Translations under genes and position numbers: made by a program
In this document: piece after piece, positions 52,221-61,818 of the stretch
Layout of the letters: every line of letters starts with the position of its first letter
Numbering within the stretch: position 1 is the stretch's first letter
Assembly (NCBI GenBank): GCA_047285535.1
Contig: JBJBDC010000001.1
Span: 352,136-416,135 of the forward strand
Origin: Synechococcus sp.
Lineage (GTDB): Bacteria > Cyanobacteriota > Cyanobacteriia > PCC-6307 > Cyanobiaceae
Reading direction: 5' to 3'
Length of the DNA: 64,000 nucleotides
The notes under the pieces: model-generated
Databases searched by the model: none
Told to the model about the DNA's origin: nothing
What the model saw: the letters and a program-made list of their open reading frames with translations, nothing else

Positions 52221-53207
52221 ATGCATTTCACCCTGGCTTCCACTGAGCACCAGCTTTCCCAGAGCGCCAGCATCTTTCCGGCGATGAACCGTGAAGAACT
52301 TCAAACGCTTCAAGTCAACCTTGGCTATCGCTGCAATCAGAGTTGCAGTCACTGTCATGTCAACGCAGGGCCATGGCGAAATGAAATGATGCCTAAGGAT
52401 CAGATTGAACTCATTCCTAGGGTGCTTCAGGCTCTTGGCCTCAACTGCTTGGATCTAACTGGCGGTGCTCCGGAACTGCATCCTTATTTCAAATCCTTAG
52501 TACGTCAGGCAAGAAGACTTGGGGTCCAAGTCATTGATCGCTGTAATCTCACGATCCTCACTGAACCAGAACAGGAAGGTTTAGCTGAATTTTTGGCCCA
52601 TGAAGAAGTCAAAGTGGTGGCCTCTCTTCCATGTTTTGAACAAGACCAGGTGGATCGCCAACGAGGTTTTGGAGTGTTTCAGCGCAGCATTGCTGCTCTT
52701 CGCTCTCTCAATGAACTTGGTTATGCAATGCCTAACAGCAAGTTGGAGCTGGATTTAGTTTTTAATCCAGCAGGAACTCAGCTACCTCCAGCGCAAGCAG
52801 AATTGGAGGTCTTGTATCGCAAAAATCTACTTCAAAATTACGGCATTCATTTTACTAGGTTGTTAACCATCACAAATATGCCGATACAGAGATTCGCCCA
52901 AACGTTAGAAGCTCTAGGAGAATTAGAATCGTATCAATCTCTGTTGCGCAAGGCTCATCGTGAGGAGAATCTTAGTTCTGTGATGTGTAAAAGTCTAATT
53001 AGTGTTGGATGGACAGGCACCTTATTTGACTGCGACTTTAATCAGCAATTGGATATCCCTGTGACTTCAGGACCTAGGACTTTGAGTGAGTTACTTAATC
53101 AGAGTGATCGACTCAATGGGCTACCAATCGCAGTCGCATCACATTGTTATGGATGTACCGCCGGTGGAGGCTCCAGCTGCAACGGAGCACTCAATCCAGT
53201 TCAGTGA
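52221..53207 (+). CDS. arsS: Radical SAM protein, ArsS/DUF3641 family
   Basis: LQVNLGYRCNQSCSHCHV (CxxxCxxC), DLTGGAPE, DRCNLT, DCDFNQ, HCYGCTAGGGSSC. Confidence 0.88.
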   Translation: MHFTLASTEHQLSQSASIFPAMNREELQTLQVNLGYRCNQSCSHCHVNAGPWRNEMMPKDQIELIPRVLQALGLNCLDLTGGAPELHPYFKSLVRQARRLGVQVIDRCNLTILTEPEQEGLAEFLAHEEVKVVASLPCFEQDQVDRQRGFGVFQRSIAALRSLNELGYAMPNSKLELDLVFNPAGTQLPPAQAELEVLYRKNLLQNYGIHFTRLLTITNMPIQRFAQTLEALGELESYQSLLRKAHREENLSSVMCKSLISVGWTGTLFDCDFNQQLDIPVTSGPRTLSELLNQSDRLNGLPIAVASHCYGCTAGGGSSCNGALNPVQ

Positions 53208-54055
53208 AGTAGTGATTCATAATTGTCGTCTTGACTTTCTCCTCAATTGACGTGACATCTGATGGAGCATCCATTGCTCCACTTGGTTTGGTTCCAAGGT
53301 TTTTCGGCTTCTTGAATTGATCTGTTCCGTTCTGTTTCGTCTTGTTGAATTTGCCAAGGATGTATGGCTTGAGTTGTATTTTGGAATATTTTTATGGTTT
53401 TAATTTTGTTGGTCTGCATTGATTGCTTCGTCATTGATCTTGGTCAATGGCAATTGCAAGCAGCCTGAAGACTCGTGTCTGTTCTTTGTCTGGCAAGTTT
53501 ATGCTTGCCAGCTGTTTAACTCTTTTGGGTGTACTATTTTATATTCTATGCCTTTTTATTGGTCTGATCGATTTTCATCTCTTCCTCTCATCAGCAGCGG
53601 TTTGAGTGCCCTGTGTAGTGCTTTGATTGATTGTGTATAGATTTCTTAATCACTGTCGCCTTTCGGAGAGTGTTACTTCTGCAATTTGGCTTTCTTTGGG
53701 TCGTTTTTGATATTTTGACTCACTTATTCGGGTGCTTGTTTGGTCTTTCTTTTGATCAGTTCGAATTCTCTGGATGATTATTTGGCTTTCCCCCCTTTTT
53801 GTTTTCTTTGTTTTAGTAAGACACCTTTCTGTCTTGAATTTCCTATTCTTTTTGTCTGACAAGAGGTTGGTGGTCAAAATGATGTGTCTCATGGTATCCA
53901 CTGCCTTTTTGTATGAGTTTTTATGCTTTTTGTCCTCTGCCTCTTGTTGTAGTCCTGATTTAAAATGATATTTGCACAGAATGGGTTGGATTAAATGGAT
54001 GAAACCATTGACTCACATGACCTTTTTTATTCTTCCCAAGTTGGCTTGGCTGACG

Positions 54056-54328
54056 CTATAGGTCTTGACTTGGTTGATCGATCACGACTGAGGCAGGTGT
54101 GAATAAAAACACTTGCTCTCCAACACGCCGCTCTTGGCCGTGAAGGGCGTTGACACCACCGGATACAAAGTCAGCAGTCCGCTGTGCGAGTTGTGGGTCC
54201 ATGTTGGAAAGATTGAGCAGCACAGTGCGTTGCTCACGTAAGGCTACTAACGCGCTCAGACCTTCCTCTAATCTCTGAGGAGTAAGAACAAGGATTTCAT
54301 TAAAGTTTGAAACAGCTGAGAGCTCCAT
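54056..54328 (-). CDS. SepF (DUF552) core-domain paralogue
   Basis: V..L.....V.LNL......AQR..DFVSGG..A..G...RVG..VFLFTP..V. Confidence 0.82.
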   Translation of the reverse strand: MELSAVSNFNEILVLTPQRLEEGLSALVALREQRTVLLNLSNMDPQLAQRTADFVSGGVNALHGQERRVGEQVFLFTPASVVIDQPSQDL

Positions 54329-54383
54329 AGCGACTAGCTTGACGGATTTTTCTCATCACCACAAGAGAAGTAATAATTAATGC

Positions 54384-54857
54384 ATGACTGAACCCGACCC
54401 CAAGACCACCGCTGGACATTGCGGTACAAAGCCCAAGAGATTTGCCATTGGTATTGCTCCACTTGGAACCGTTTCCATCGGTGTGGTCCCGATGGGTGTC
54501 ATCTGCATTGGTGTGGTGCCTATGGGAGTTGTCTCAATTGGCATTGTCGCTATGGGCGTGATCAACCTCTCTGTGGTTGGAATGGGCCTGTTGGCGATTG
54601 GGGTTAATACCATGGGAATCTGGACGTCTGGACCGATGAGCATGGGACTTGTGCAATTGGGAAAGACCAATTCAGCTCACAATTCTCATCATCATGGCCA
54701 CTCAAGCCAGCCCTCAGAGGTTGATGATCCTCGGTTCATGGCCTACCCCACAAGGGAAGAAGCAGAAGCACAAGCACTCTCTCAAGGATGTAAGGGTGTT
54801 CACGCGATGGGTGACTTCTGGATGCCCTGTGCAGAACATCCAAGTAGTGATCACTGA
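54384..54857 (+). CDS. Gly-pentapeptide-repeat protein with His-rich linker and DUF3721-like C-terminal domain
   Basis: Repeats GVVPM/GVICI/GVVSI, then HNSHHHGH, then YPTREEAEAQA...GCKGVHAMG..WMPC..H. Confidence 0.75.
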   Translation: MTEPDPKTTAGHCGTKPKRFAIGIAPLGTVSIGVVPMGVICIGVVPMGVVSIGIVAMGVINLSVVGMGLLAIGVNTMGIWTSGPMSMGLVQLGKTNSAHNSHHHGHSSQPSEVDDPRFMAYPTREEAEAQALSQGCKGVHAMGDFWMPCAEHPSSDH

Positions 54858-55342
54858 ATGCTTCTAGTAAGGCAGTCAGGACAGACCGCTCGAACGTTCA
54901 AACTTGATTCAATTAATTCAAATCCAAAACGCTTCGCCGCTTCTTCACCCGCTTCAAGCACTGATGCGCTTTCGAATTCTTCGGTGCGGCCGCAACGAAC
55001 GCAAATTAAATGATGATGATCGCCATGATCACCACCTGCAAGTTCGAAACGACGTCCTCCATCACTCAGTTCGAGCTCCTGCAAAAACCCCATGTCGACA
55101 AGGAGTCTCAGCGTGCGATAGATCGTCGCTAATGAGACCCGTGCTTTGGAGTCCACCAGAAGCCGATGGACATCCTCAGCACTGAGGTGAGTGCCCCCAC
55201 CAATGTGCTCAAAAAGATCAAGTATTAGACGTCGTTGAGGAGTAAGGCGTCTTCCATCCTTATGTAATCCATGCTCTAGGGGACCCTCACTCGGAGCTGG
55301 CGACGAAGCGATTGGCACCTGCACCGGAACGACTCTTCTCAA
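54851..55342 (-). CDS. fur: Ferric uptake regulator (FurA-type)
   Basis: RLTPQR, HLSAE, SLATIYRTL, ELEL, HHHLIC..C, C-terminal CPDC. The HLSAE motif favours FurA over Zur. Confidence 0.85.
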   Translation of the reverse strand: MRRVVPVQVPIASSPAPSEGPLEHGLHKDGRRLTPQRRLILDLFEHIGGGTHLSAEDVHRLLVDSKARVSLATIYRTLRLLVDMGFLQELELSDGGRRFELAGGDHGDHHHLICVRCGRTEEFESASVLEAGEEAAKRFGFELIESSLNVRAVCPDCLTRSIQ

Positions 55343-55469
55343 CAGTACCCACTAATGCGAGCGTAAGCAGAACAAGGATTTGTATCTTCCAAGAAGTCAG
55401 GCTGAAATCCACATCACAGTTTTGATTGGTCGGAAGACCGGTAAGGTTTAATTCAGTTCGTTCAAGACT

Positions 55470-55706
55470 GTGTCTAGCTCATGGCGAGTTTGGATGCGCT
55501 TTGTCGCTAGTGGGCTGTTCCTTCTAGCCCACGGATTATTGGTGCTCGAGTACGTAGCTCTTGGAACGGCACTCCATGGAATTGCTGAGATCTTTCTTGC
55601 CCCCTGGGCCATCCGTCATAGAGCCTGGGATTTGATTGTGATCGGTGTAGTTTTCTGCGTCTTCGATCTGTGGGGAACGCTCAGGCTCACACTTGTCATC
55701 GGTTGA
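55470..55706 (+). CDS. Small hypothetical membrane protein
   Basis: 78 aa with three hydrophobic segments. Confidence 0.6.
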   Translation: MSSSWRVWMRFVASGLFLLAHGLLVLEYVALGTALHGIAEIFLAPWAIRHRAWDLIVIGVVFCVFDLWGTLRLTLVIG

Positions 55707-55713
55707 AGAGACG

Positions 55714-56064
55714 CTATTCAATCCACCAACGCTGAACCAATCCAGTGGTATTAGACGAGGGCGATGGGATCGTCACCACCGAAAGTCGCTGCTGATTACG
55801 GGCATAGTCGTAACGGCAAAAGCCAACACCGGTACCAGAACATGACGACAGAGCTGGCAAAGCAGCGCCAGATTGATTGCGATGCAAGCCCTCAACGGTT
55901 TGATCGGGTTGTGGCGACCAGCCTGAGGCCAACAGAGAGGCATCAGCAGCCCGAATGGACTGACCGACTTGCAGTTGTACTGACGATGGAGAGATCGAGT
56001 CTGCAATGACAGCAGAATTACTTACTAATGGCAAGATCCAGAGCGCAGAGCGCAATCCTTTCAT
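55714..56064 (-). CDS. Hypothetical exported protein
   Basis: Signal-like N-terminus; L...GW.P and CSGTG.G.C.Y.Y motif. Confidence 0.65.
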   Translation of the reverse strand: MKGLRSALWILPLVSNSAVIADSISPSSVQLQVGQSIRAADASLLASGWSPQPDQTVEGLHRNQSGAALPALSSCSGTGVGFCRYDYARNQQRLSVVTIPSPSSNTTGLVQRWWIE

Positions 56065-56423
56065 TTTTCATGCCATGGCTGACTTCGGCATAGCTACAAC
56101 TGTGGCTGAGCGTCATCATCGAAATGAAACGCTGGGAACCAATCAGCTCTTCATCTCTTTCACCCCTGTCATTGTTCAGATTGATTGGGCAATGATGAAA
56201 CAAAACCTTAAGGTTCGAGATTACCGATCCAAAGACAGGGGAGAACGCGAGCATTGCTTTGGGAGTGTATTGACAGGAAAGCCAGGCATAAGAAATCAAC
56301 AAATCTACGAACAGATCAGAGTCAAGGATGAAGGCTCATTGCAACAAACCATTCTCTCGGTCAACACTTCACGCCAACTGGAAACGATGCTGCTAAGAAG
56401 GAATCAGGACCACTCAACAAACA

Positions 56424-56657
56424 ATGTCTGCTCAGGCCGTTATCGATCTTGCTAATGCCATCAAAGCCGATGCGAACTTGAGGGAGCTATGTGCTTCTAG
56501 TCATTGTTCCGATGTGGATGATCAATGCTTAGTCGCAAAGCAAAAAGGTTTTGATCTACATCCTCGTGATTTTGATGAATTTGCTAATGGAGATCTGATA
56601 GAAAGGAACGACGAAGATACTTTTCTCAAGCCATCATGGTGGGATCGGATTTCATAG
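56424..56657 (+). CDS. Nif11-like domain protein
   Basis: MS......A..IKAD..LR......A...GF.....D pattern; AGGA RBS upstream. Confidence 0.7.
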   Translation: MSAQAVIDLANAIKADANLRELCASSHCSDVDDQCLVAKQKGFDLHPRDFDEFANGDLIERNDEDTFLKPSWWDRIS

Positions 56658-56878
56658 TCACAACCGTGAGTATTTAACTTTCTCTACACGTAATCGCTAA
56701 AATTTAAGATTATTCAGTTGCTGCTTGAATGGCTGGGCCTTGACTCGCCGCCACAATATATCATTGTTGTTTTTGCTTTTGTCTCAAGGCAAGAGGAAGG
56801 TAAAGAGCTTTTAATTGATGGAGCAATCCAGATATTGTAACCAATGATGACCCAGTTCACTGTTTCATGATTAAATGA

Positions 56879-57916
56879 ATGCCTATTAATTTTATGAATT
56901 CAAAGTCAATGCAGAGCAAGATCTGTCGACGAATTCTTATCACTGGGGGGACTTCAGGAATTGGATTAGAAGCATGCAAAATTTTATCGCTTCAGGGCCA
57001 TCACCTTACGCTTCTATGCAGAACACAAGACCGTTGCCATCAAGCTCAATCTGTTCTCACAAGAGCTGATATTGATCCGAGAAAGATTGAAACCATGATA
57101 ATGGACCTTAACGACTTGCATAGTATTGAAGATGGATGTACAAGGATTGTTGAAAATGATCACCTTATTGATACCATTGTCTTAAATGCAGGCATTCAAA
57201 ATGTAGGGATTCGAGAGCCTAAATATAATGATCATGGAATTGAAGAAACATTTTGCGTTAACCACCTCGCCCATCAGTTGATTCTAATACGCCTATTGCC
57301 TCTTTTACTACAAAGCAAGAGGCCGCGATTGGTGATCACCAGTTCTGAAGTTCACAATCCAATCAGTGGAGGCGGTCGAGTTGGTCGGCCAGCCTCGCTT
57401 GGCAAGCTAGAGGGCTTGCGACAACACATCGGCTTTGAAATGATCGATGGTCGAAAGCCATTCGATGCAGATAAGGCGTATAAGGATAGTAAGCTATGTA
57501 ATATTTTGATGGCTCGAGAAGTTTCGAATCAACTTCAAAAAAAACAACAGATTATTCCTGTCATTGCGTGGAGTCCTGGTCTTGTTATCCCTAGGACAAA
57601 TGGAGGATTGTTTAGAATTAGTCGACTGAAAAATCCAATTGGTATTGCTCTTTTTGCTTTCATTGCAAGAGATTTGCTTCGGTTAACAGAAACTCTTCCA
57701 AGGGCGGGTTCTCTGCTGGCGGATCTAAGTCAAGATGATCGATTTGATGGGGACGGATTTAGATATTTTAGCAATGTACTTGTCCGACCTGGCTCTCATC
57801 AATTTAAGGAAATAGCTACGAGTACAGACGCTGCAGATGAGCTTATGGGACAAGAGCTATGGAGACTTAGCGAACTCTTAATTATGAAAAGCCTGAAATT
57901 GGAAGTTGAAGGTTGA
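56879..57916 (+). CDS. SDR oxidoreductase, light-dependent protochlorophyllide reductase (POR)-like
   Basis: ITGGTSGIG, LNAG, NHLAH, VHN, KAYKDSKLCN (YxxxK in POR-type context). Confidence 0.82.
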   Translation: MPINFMNSKSMQSKICRRILITGGTSGIGLEACKILSLQGHHLTLLCRTQDRCHQAQSVLTRADIDPRKIETMIMDLNDLHSIEDGCTRIVENDHLIDTIVLNAGIQNVGIREPKYNDHGIEETFCVNHLAHQLILIRLLPLLLQSKRPRLVITSSEVHNPISGGGRVGRPASLGKLEGLRQHIGFEMIDGRKPFDADKAYKDSKLCNILMAREVSNQLQKKQQIIPVIAWSPGLVIPRTNGGLFRISRLKNPIGIALFAFIARDLLRLTETLPRAGSLLADLSQDDRFDGDGFRYFSNVLVRPGSHQFKEIATSTDAADELMGQELWRLSELLIMKSLKLEVEG

Positions 57917-58716
57917 TAAAATACTGCCTGCTATTTTTGTTATTGGTTATGCTAGATCGTGTTGAAGTTTGTCTTGCAATTGTTAAATTTATTGAATAGA
58001 TGTCCGTTTGGGCTCATCGGCTGGAATCATTCTGAAATGACCCTTCCGATTTGCTGATTAGCTTGATCTCATCGACGCCAATGTACGCATCATTGACTAG
58101 CCTCAAAGAGGTGAAGGAGCTCCTTGAAAATGACTAAGAGACTCTGCTGGAATTCGAGGAATTTAGGCCTGCCAGCTGTGAGACAGGGTGGGGTAAGTAC
58201 AGGGCAATAGATTAAGAATGCTACCTGTAGACCTGCTACGACCCTACAAGGAGGTGTCTAATGTACTTAGATATCTTGATAGTCTTCTACAGCAACCAGG
58301 ACAAGGTTTATTTGCCAATAAATATTTAAGGGCTGAGGCCTTTGCTGGATATGTGGATATTGGTATGGACACTTACGAATTAGAGATAGGATGTCTATCG
58401 CTTAAATATCCAGCATGAAACTTAAGCGTCCTGGACGCTTCTTCGTATAAGACTGATGTTCATCTGATTCGATCAGCTATTATTCAAAACCATTTTATAG
58501 ATTGTGATATTTAGAGCAAATTGACTGTTGTAGATTATCTAATCGCTGTACTCGACATAATTGTAAAATCTCTTGGCATAATCAAAAAACATGTTAAGTC
58601 TACTTGCTCTATATCGGAAGAAAGGCCGATGAAATTGAGGGGGATTCAAGGTTTTAACGGCTATATATATTGACATGCATTACAAAGGTTATTGGGGGCA
58701 ATCGATTGACTCCAAA

Positions 58717-59181
58717 TCAAGATTGCGCCCAGAGTCCTAATGGACAATCTTGATTGCTGATCGATTCGATTGTGTTGTAAACCATTGCCTCCCAGTTTGA
58801 TGCAGGTAGACCTGCGAACAGCATCAAGTTGAGCGGGTACTGATCCGAATCGGTGCAACGACGAAAGTCATCTCGAAATAGAAAGACAGGCTTTCTCAGC
58901 GCGTAAGCAGCTCCCAATTCCACCATGACTCCTTCATCCGGCGGATTTCCGTTCACGATGGCGAAGATCCCATCAGCTCTCCGGATATCTTGCATGCATT
59001 GCTGCGCGACTCGATAAGCCCAGCCTGGTTGTGTTGTATCTATATCCTCATTCCGCTCAAATGGCTCCCAGACGTTAAGTCCGTGGTGTTCGAGTGCTTT
59101 AACAAATTCAGGAATTAATAGTCGCTTACTCTGTGCAGAAAATCCATAGGGAGATGCTAGGTAAATTGTTTTAGAGTTCAT
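58717..59181 (-). CDS. Nucleoside 2-deoxyribosyltransferase family protein
   Basis: IYLASP.GF, PFE, D...AD, DEGVMVELG.A.A..KP, NLM. Confidence 0.88.
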   Translation of the reverse strand: MNSKTIYLASPYGFSAQSKRLLIPEFVKALEHHGLNVWEPFERNEDIDTTQPGWAYRVAQQCMQDIRRADGIFAIVNGNPPDEGVMVELGAAYALRKPVFLFRDDFRRCTDSDQYPLNLMLFAGLPASNWEAMVYNTIESISNQDCPLGLWAQS

Positions 59182-59191
59182 CACTTGTGTC

Positions 59192-59587
59192 TCAGGGTGT
59201 AATGGATCTAGAGGCTTGGTAACGACGTTCATCCTCTGTAGCTAGGTCTAAGTTTTCCCAAGGGAAAAGCAACCATTCATCAGTGGACTTGGTGATGACT
59301 GCATCCCACCACTCTGGCGCTCGCTTGCTGACCCATACTACAAAAGTAGCGTCAATCTTTGCACGTATGATCTTTAGTGTCTTGCCTGTTTCATAGACAT
59401 CATCAACTATCAGGCAGCCATTCTTGGGTTCATTGAGTAATGGAAGTGTAAGCCTATGACTTAGTGCTACTCCCAGGCAGAGACCACCACGTGGTACCCC
59501 ATAGATCCCTGTTAGCGAATGGGAAGCATATCGTTTACCAATGGCTTCTACCGCGCTATCAAATTGTTCCCATGAAAGCTTTTGCAT
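59192..59587 (-). CDS. Type I phosphoribosyltransferase (Gpt/XGPRT-like, minimal)
   Basis: LSW, GVPRGGL, PRPP loop LIVDDVYETGKT, W..FPWE. Confidence 0.88.
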   Translation of the reverse strand: MQKLSWEQFDSAVEAIGKRYASHSLTGIYGVPRGGLCLGVALSHRLTLPLLNEPKNGCLIVDDVYETGKTLKIIRAKIDATFVVWVSKRAPEWWDAVITKSTDEWLLFPWENLDLATEDERRYQASRSITP

Positions 59588-59891
59588 TAGTGGCACTTTG
59601 GCTTTGAGTTTTATATGATCCGGGTGGAATTGCTTCCGTATGCCTGTCAGAGATACGTTGACATTAGGATATTCGTTCGTGTTTTAATCAGGTTCTTTGT
59701 TTGCTTTTTGATCATCCCAGTATTAGAGGCCCCTTTGTCATTGGTTTCAGTCGACTGTTTCCACGCAAATGAGAATGATTGCCCTTGTTTTGTTTGGTTA
59801 TCCATGTCTTTTGAAATATTGATCTAGTGCGTAGTGATTTTGATCTGTAGGCGTTTCCTTGATCAATCCTTCTAGGGTTTCGTTTATTCGC

Positions 59892-60212
59892 TTATTTCAT
59901 TTCGCAAAGTGGATCTGGGATTGAATCGCTTGGTGCTTTGAATTGTCCCTGGGCGACATGTTCCAGCCGCAGCTTCATGAAGGTAATGAAGCTTGAGTCT
60001 GTAGAAATCACTGCAGCCGCAGGTTGCGGAACCATGGCTTTAATCTCTGCCAGTTCTGGTGCATTTAGGAAGTCTGGACGATGCACAAGCCAGAAATCAA
60101 TGTCTTTACCTTTCTCTCCGTAATGGCGTCGCCTTTCCTTGAGGACTTCTTCAAGTGGTTCTTCCACCAATAGAAAGTGTGCACTTGCAGCTACAAAATA
60201 ATAAGTACTCAT
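59892..60212 (-). CDS. ycf54: MgPME cyclase accessory protein Ycf54
   Basis: MSTYYFVAAS..FL..EEPLEEVLKER, DFWLV..P.FL, FMKLRL. Confidence 0.93.
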   Translation of the reverse strand: MSTYYFVAASAHFLLVEEPLEEVLKERRRHYGEKGKDIDFWLVHRPDFLNAPELAEIKAMVPQPAAAVISTDSSFITFMKLRLEHVAQGQFKAPSDSIPDPLCEMK

Positions 60213-60216
60213 GAAC

Positions 60217-60960
60217 TTAATTGCTTCCAAAGAGAGGTTCGCGTCTGGGGTTTTGAATAAGACACTTCATCTCGCGTACGGCTTCTTGTAGGCCAATGGC
60301 TAGGGCACGAGCGATGATGGTATGTCCAATGTTGAGCTCTTCCATTCCCTCAATCGCGGCAATGGGTTCAACGTTTTGGTAAGTCAATCCATGTCCTGCA
60401 TTGACCCGTAAACCCATGGAACGCGCTTGATGGGTGGCCTCTGTGATTTGTGCAAGAGTTATGGGCTGATCTTCCCAGCTGGCCTCAGCATAACGACCTG
60501 TATGGAGTTCAACCCATGTGGCACCGCTTTCTTGGCAGGCTTCTAGTTGATTTTGATCTGGATCAACGAACAGACTCACAGGGATCTTGTTGCTCTGAAG
60601 CGTTTCGATCACCGAGGACAAGGCTTGCCGTTGCTTCCTGACGTCTAACCCTCCCTCAGTTGTGATTTCTTGGCGCCTTTCCGGCACCAGGGTGACCATA
60701 TCGGGTCTTTCGCGCAGTGCGATTTTTACCATCTCAGGCGTGGCAGCCATTTCTAGATTCAAGCGAGTTCGAACGGTTTGTCGCAAAAGGTTTAGATCAC
60801 GATCTTGAATGTGTCGGCGATCTTCCCTGAGATGAATGGTGATCCCATCAGCTCCACCGAGTTCAGCTAAGAGAGCCATCGGCACTGGATCGGGTTCCAC
60901 TGTTTGCCTGGCTTGCCGGATCGTGGCAATGTGATCAATATTGATTCCGAGACTGGCCAC
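60217..60960 (-). CDS. pdxJ: Pyridoxine 5'-phosphate synthase
   Basis: [49 protein letters not shown]. Confidence 0.97.
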   Translation of the reverse strand: MASLGINIDHIATIRQARQTVEPDPVPMALLAELGGADGITIHLREDRRHIQDRDLNLLRQTVRTRLNLEMAATPEMVKIALRERPDMVTLVPERRQEITTEGGLDVRKQRQALSSVIETLQSNKIPVSLFVDPDQNQLEACQESGATWVELHTGRYAEASWEDQPITLAQITEATHQARSMGLRVNAGHGLTYQNVEPIAAIEGMEELNIGHTIIARALAIGLQEAVREMKCLIQNPRREPLFGSN

Positions 60961-61093
60961 AAACCTCTTACCAACACCTAATTCTATGGGCGTGTGGTCA
61001 ATGAACGAGACGCCGCTTCAACTGCACAAACTGAGGAGATGATGAGGCGCTAGCCCCTTAAATTTCCTATTTGTAAAACAGCGGTATTAAGCC

Positions 61094-61792
61094 GTGCAAG
61101 GCGCTCTGACTAATAGAGGAGAGGTTCTGGGTTCTGGGATGAATCCGTTCTGGTCATCGCTTGCGATGTTTTTCACGCAAGATTTGGCCTTGCCTTTGTA
61201 TTTCCGAGAACGTGTTGTTCTTGGTGCCAATAATCTCCCTAACGATGGGCCAGTGCTCTTAGCACCCACCCATCGGGCTCGCTGGGATGCTCTCATCTTG
61301 CCCATGGCAGCAGGTCGGCGAGTCACAGGACGTGATTGCCGGTTCATGGTTACAAGAAGTGAAATGACAGGTTTTCAAGGGTGGTTCTTACACCGTCTTG
61401 GTTGTTTTCCTGTTGATCAGGGACGTCCAACCCTGACATCTCTTCGTTATGCCATTGATCTTTTGACGAATGGTCACCAGGTTGTGGTGTTTCCAGAGGG
61501 GAAAATCAACCGAACAGACGAACCGATTCGTTTACGGCCAGGACTCGTCCGTCTTGCACATCTCGCCAAAACGAATGGAATTCCCGTCACTGTCGTACCG
61601 GTTGGTATCGCCTATAGCGAACCCAATCCCTCTGCTTTTGGTCGTTCTGCCATCTGCTTTGAGTCTCCCTTGCTCGCCGAGGGAACCGGAAGGGATGCGG
61701 CTGCTCGTATGAGTCAGCGATTAGTCGAACGCATGCATACGGCTGAACAAGCGGCCCGACAGGCTGTGGGCCGACCCCTAAGAAGCCATTAA
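61094..61792 (+). CDS. plsC: 1-acyl-sn-glycerol-3-phosphate acyltransferase family
   Basis: HxxxxD motif THRARWD, FPVD, VFPEG. Start uncertain. Confidence 0.85.
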   Translation: MQGALTNRGEVLGSGMNPFWSSLAMFFTQDLALPLYFRERVVLGANNLPNDGPVLLAPTHRARWDALILPMAAGRRVTGRDCRFMVTRSEMTGFQGWFLHRLGCFPVDQGRPTLTSLRYAIDLLTNGHQVVVFPEGKINRTDEPIRLRPGLVRLAHLAKTNGIPVTVVPVGIAYSEPNPSAFGRSAICFESPLLAEGTGRDAAARMSQRLVERMHTAEQAARQAVGRPLRSH

Positions 61793-61818
61793 AGTCCGCC
61801 CACTGTTCTGCTTAGTTC

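Noticed and set aside
54377..54670. Minus-strand TPI(G/A)T repeat ORF
   Set aside because: Antisense mirror of the pentapeptide-repeat gene.
54851..55342. Assignment as Zur
   Set aside because: RLTPQR, HLSAE and ELEL motifs match cyanobacterial FurA better.
56006..56455. 149-aa plus-strand ORF
   Set aside because: Overlaps genes at both ends and shows no recognisable motif.
56424..56657. Prochlorosin (ProcA) lanthipeptide precursor
   Set aside because: No GG/GA cleavage motif or core peptide, and no lanM nearby.
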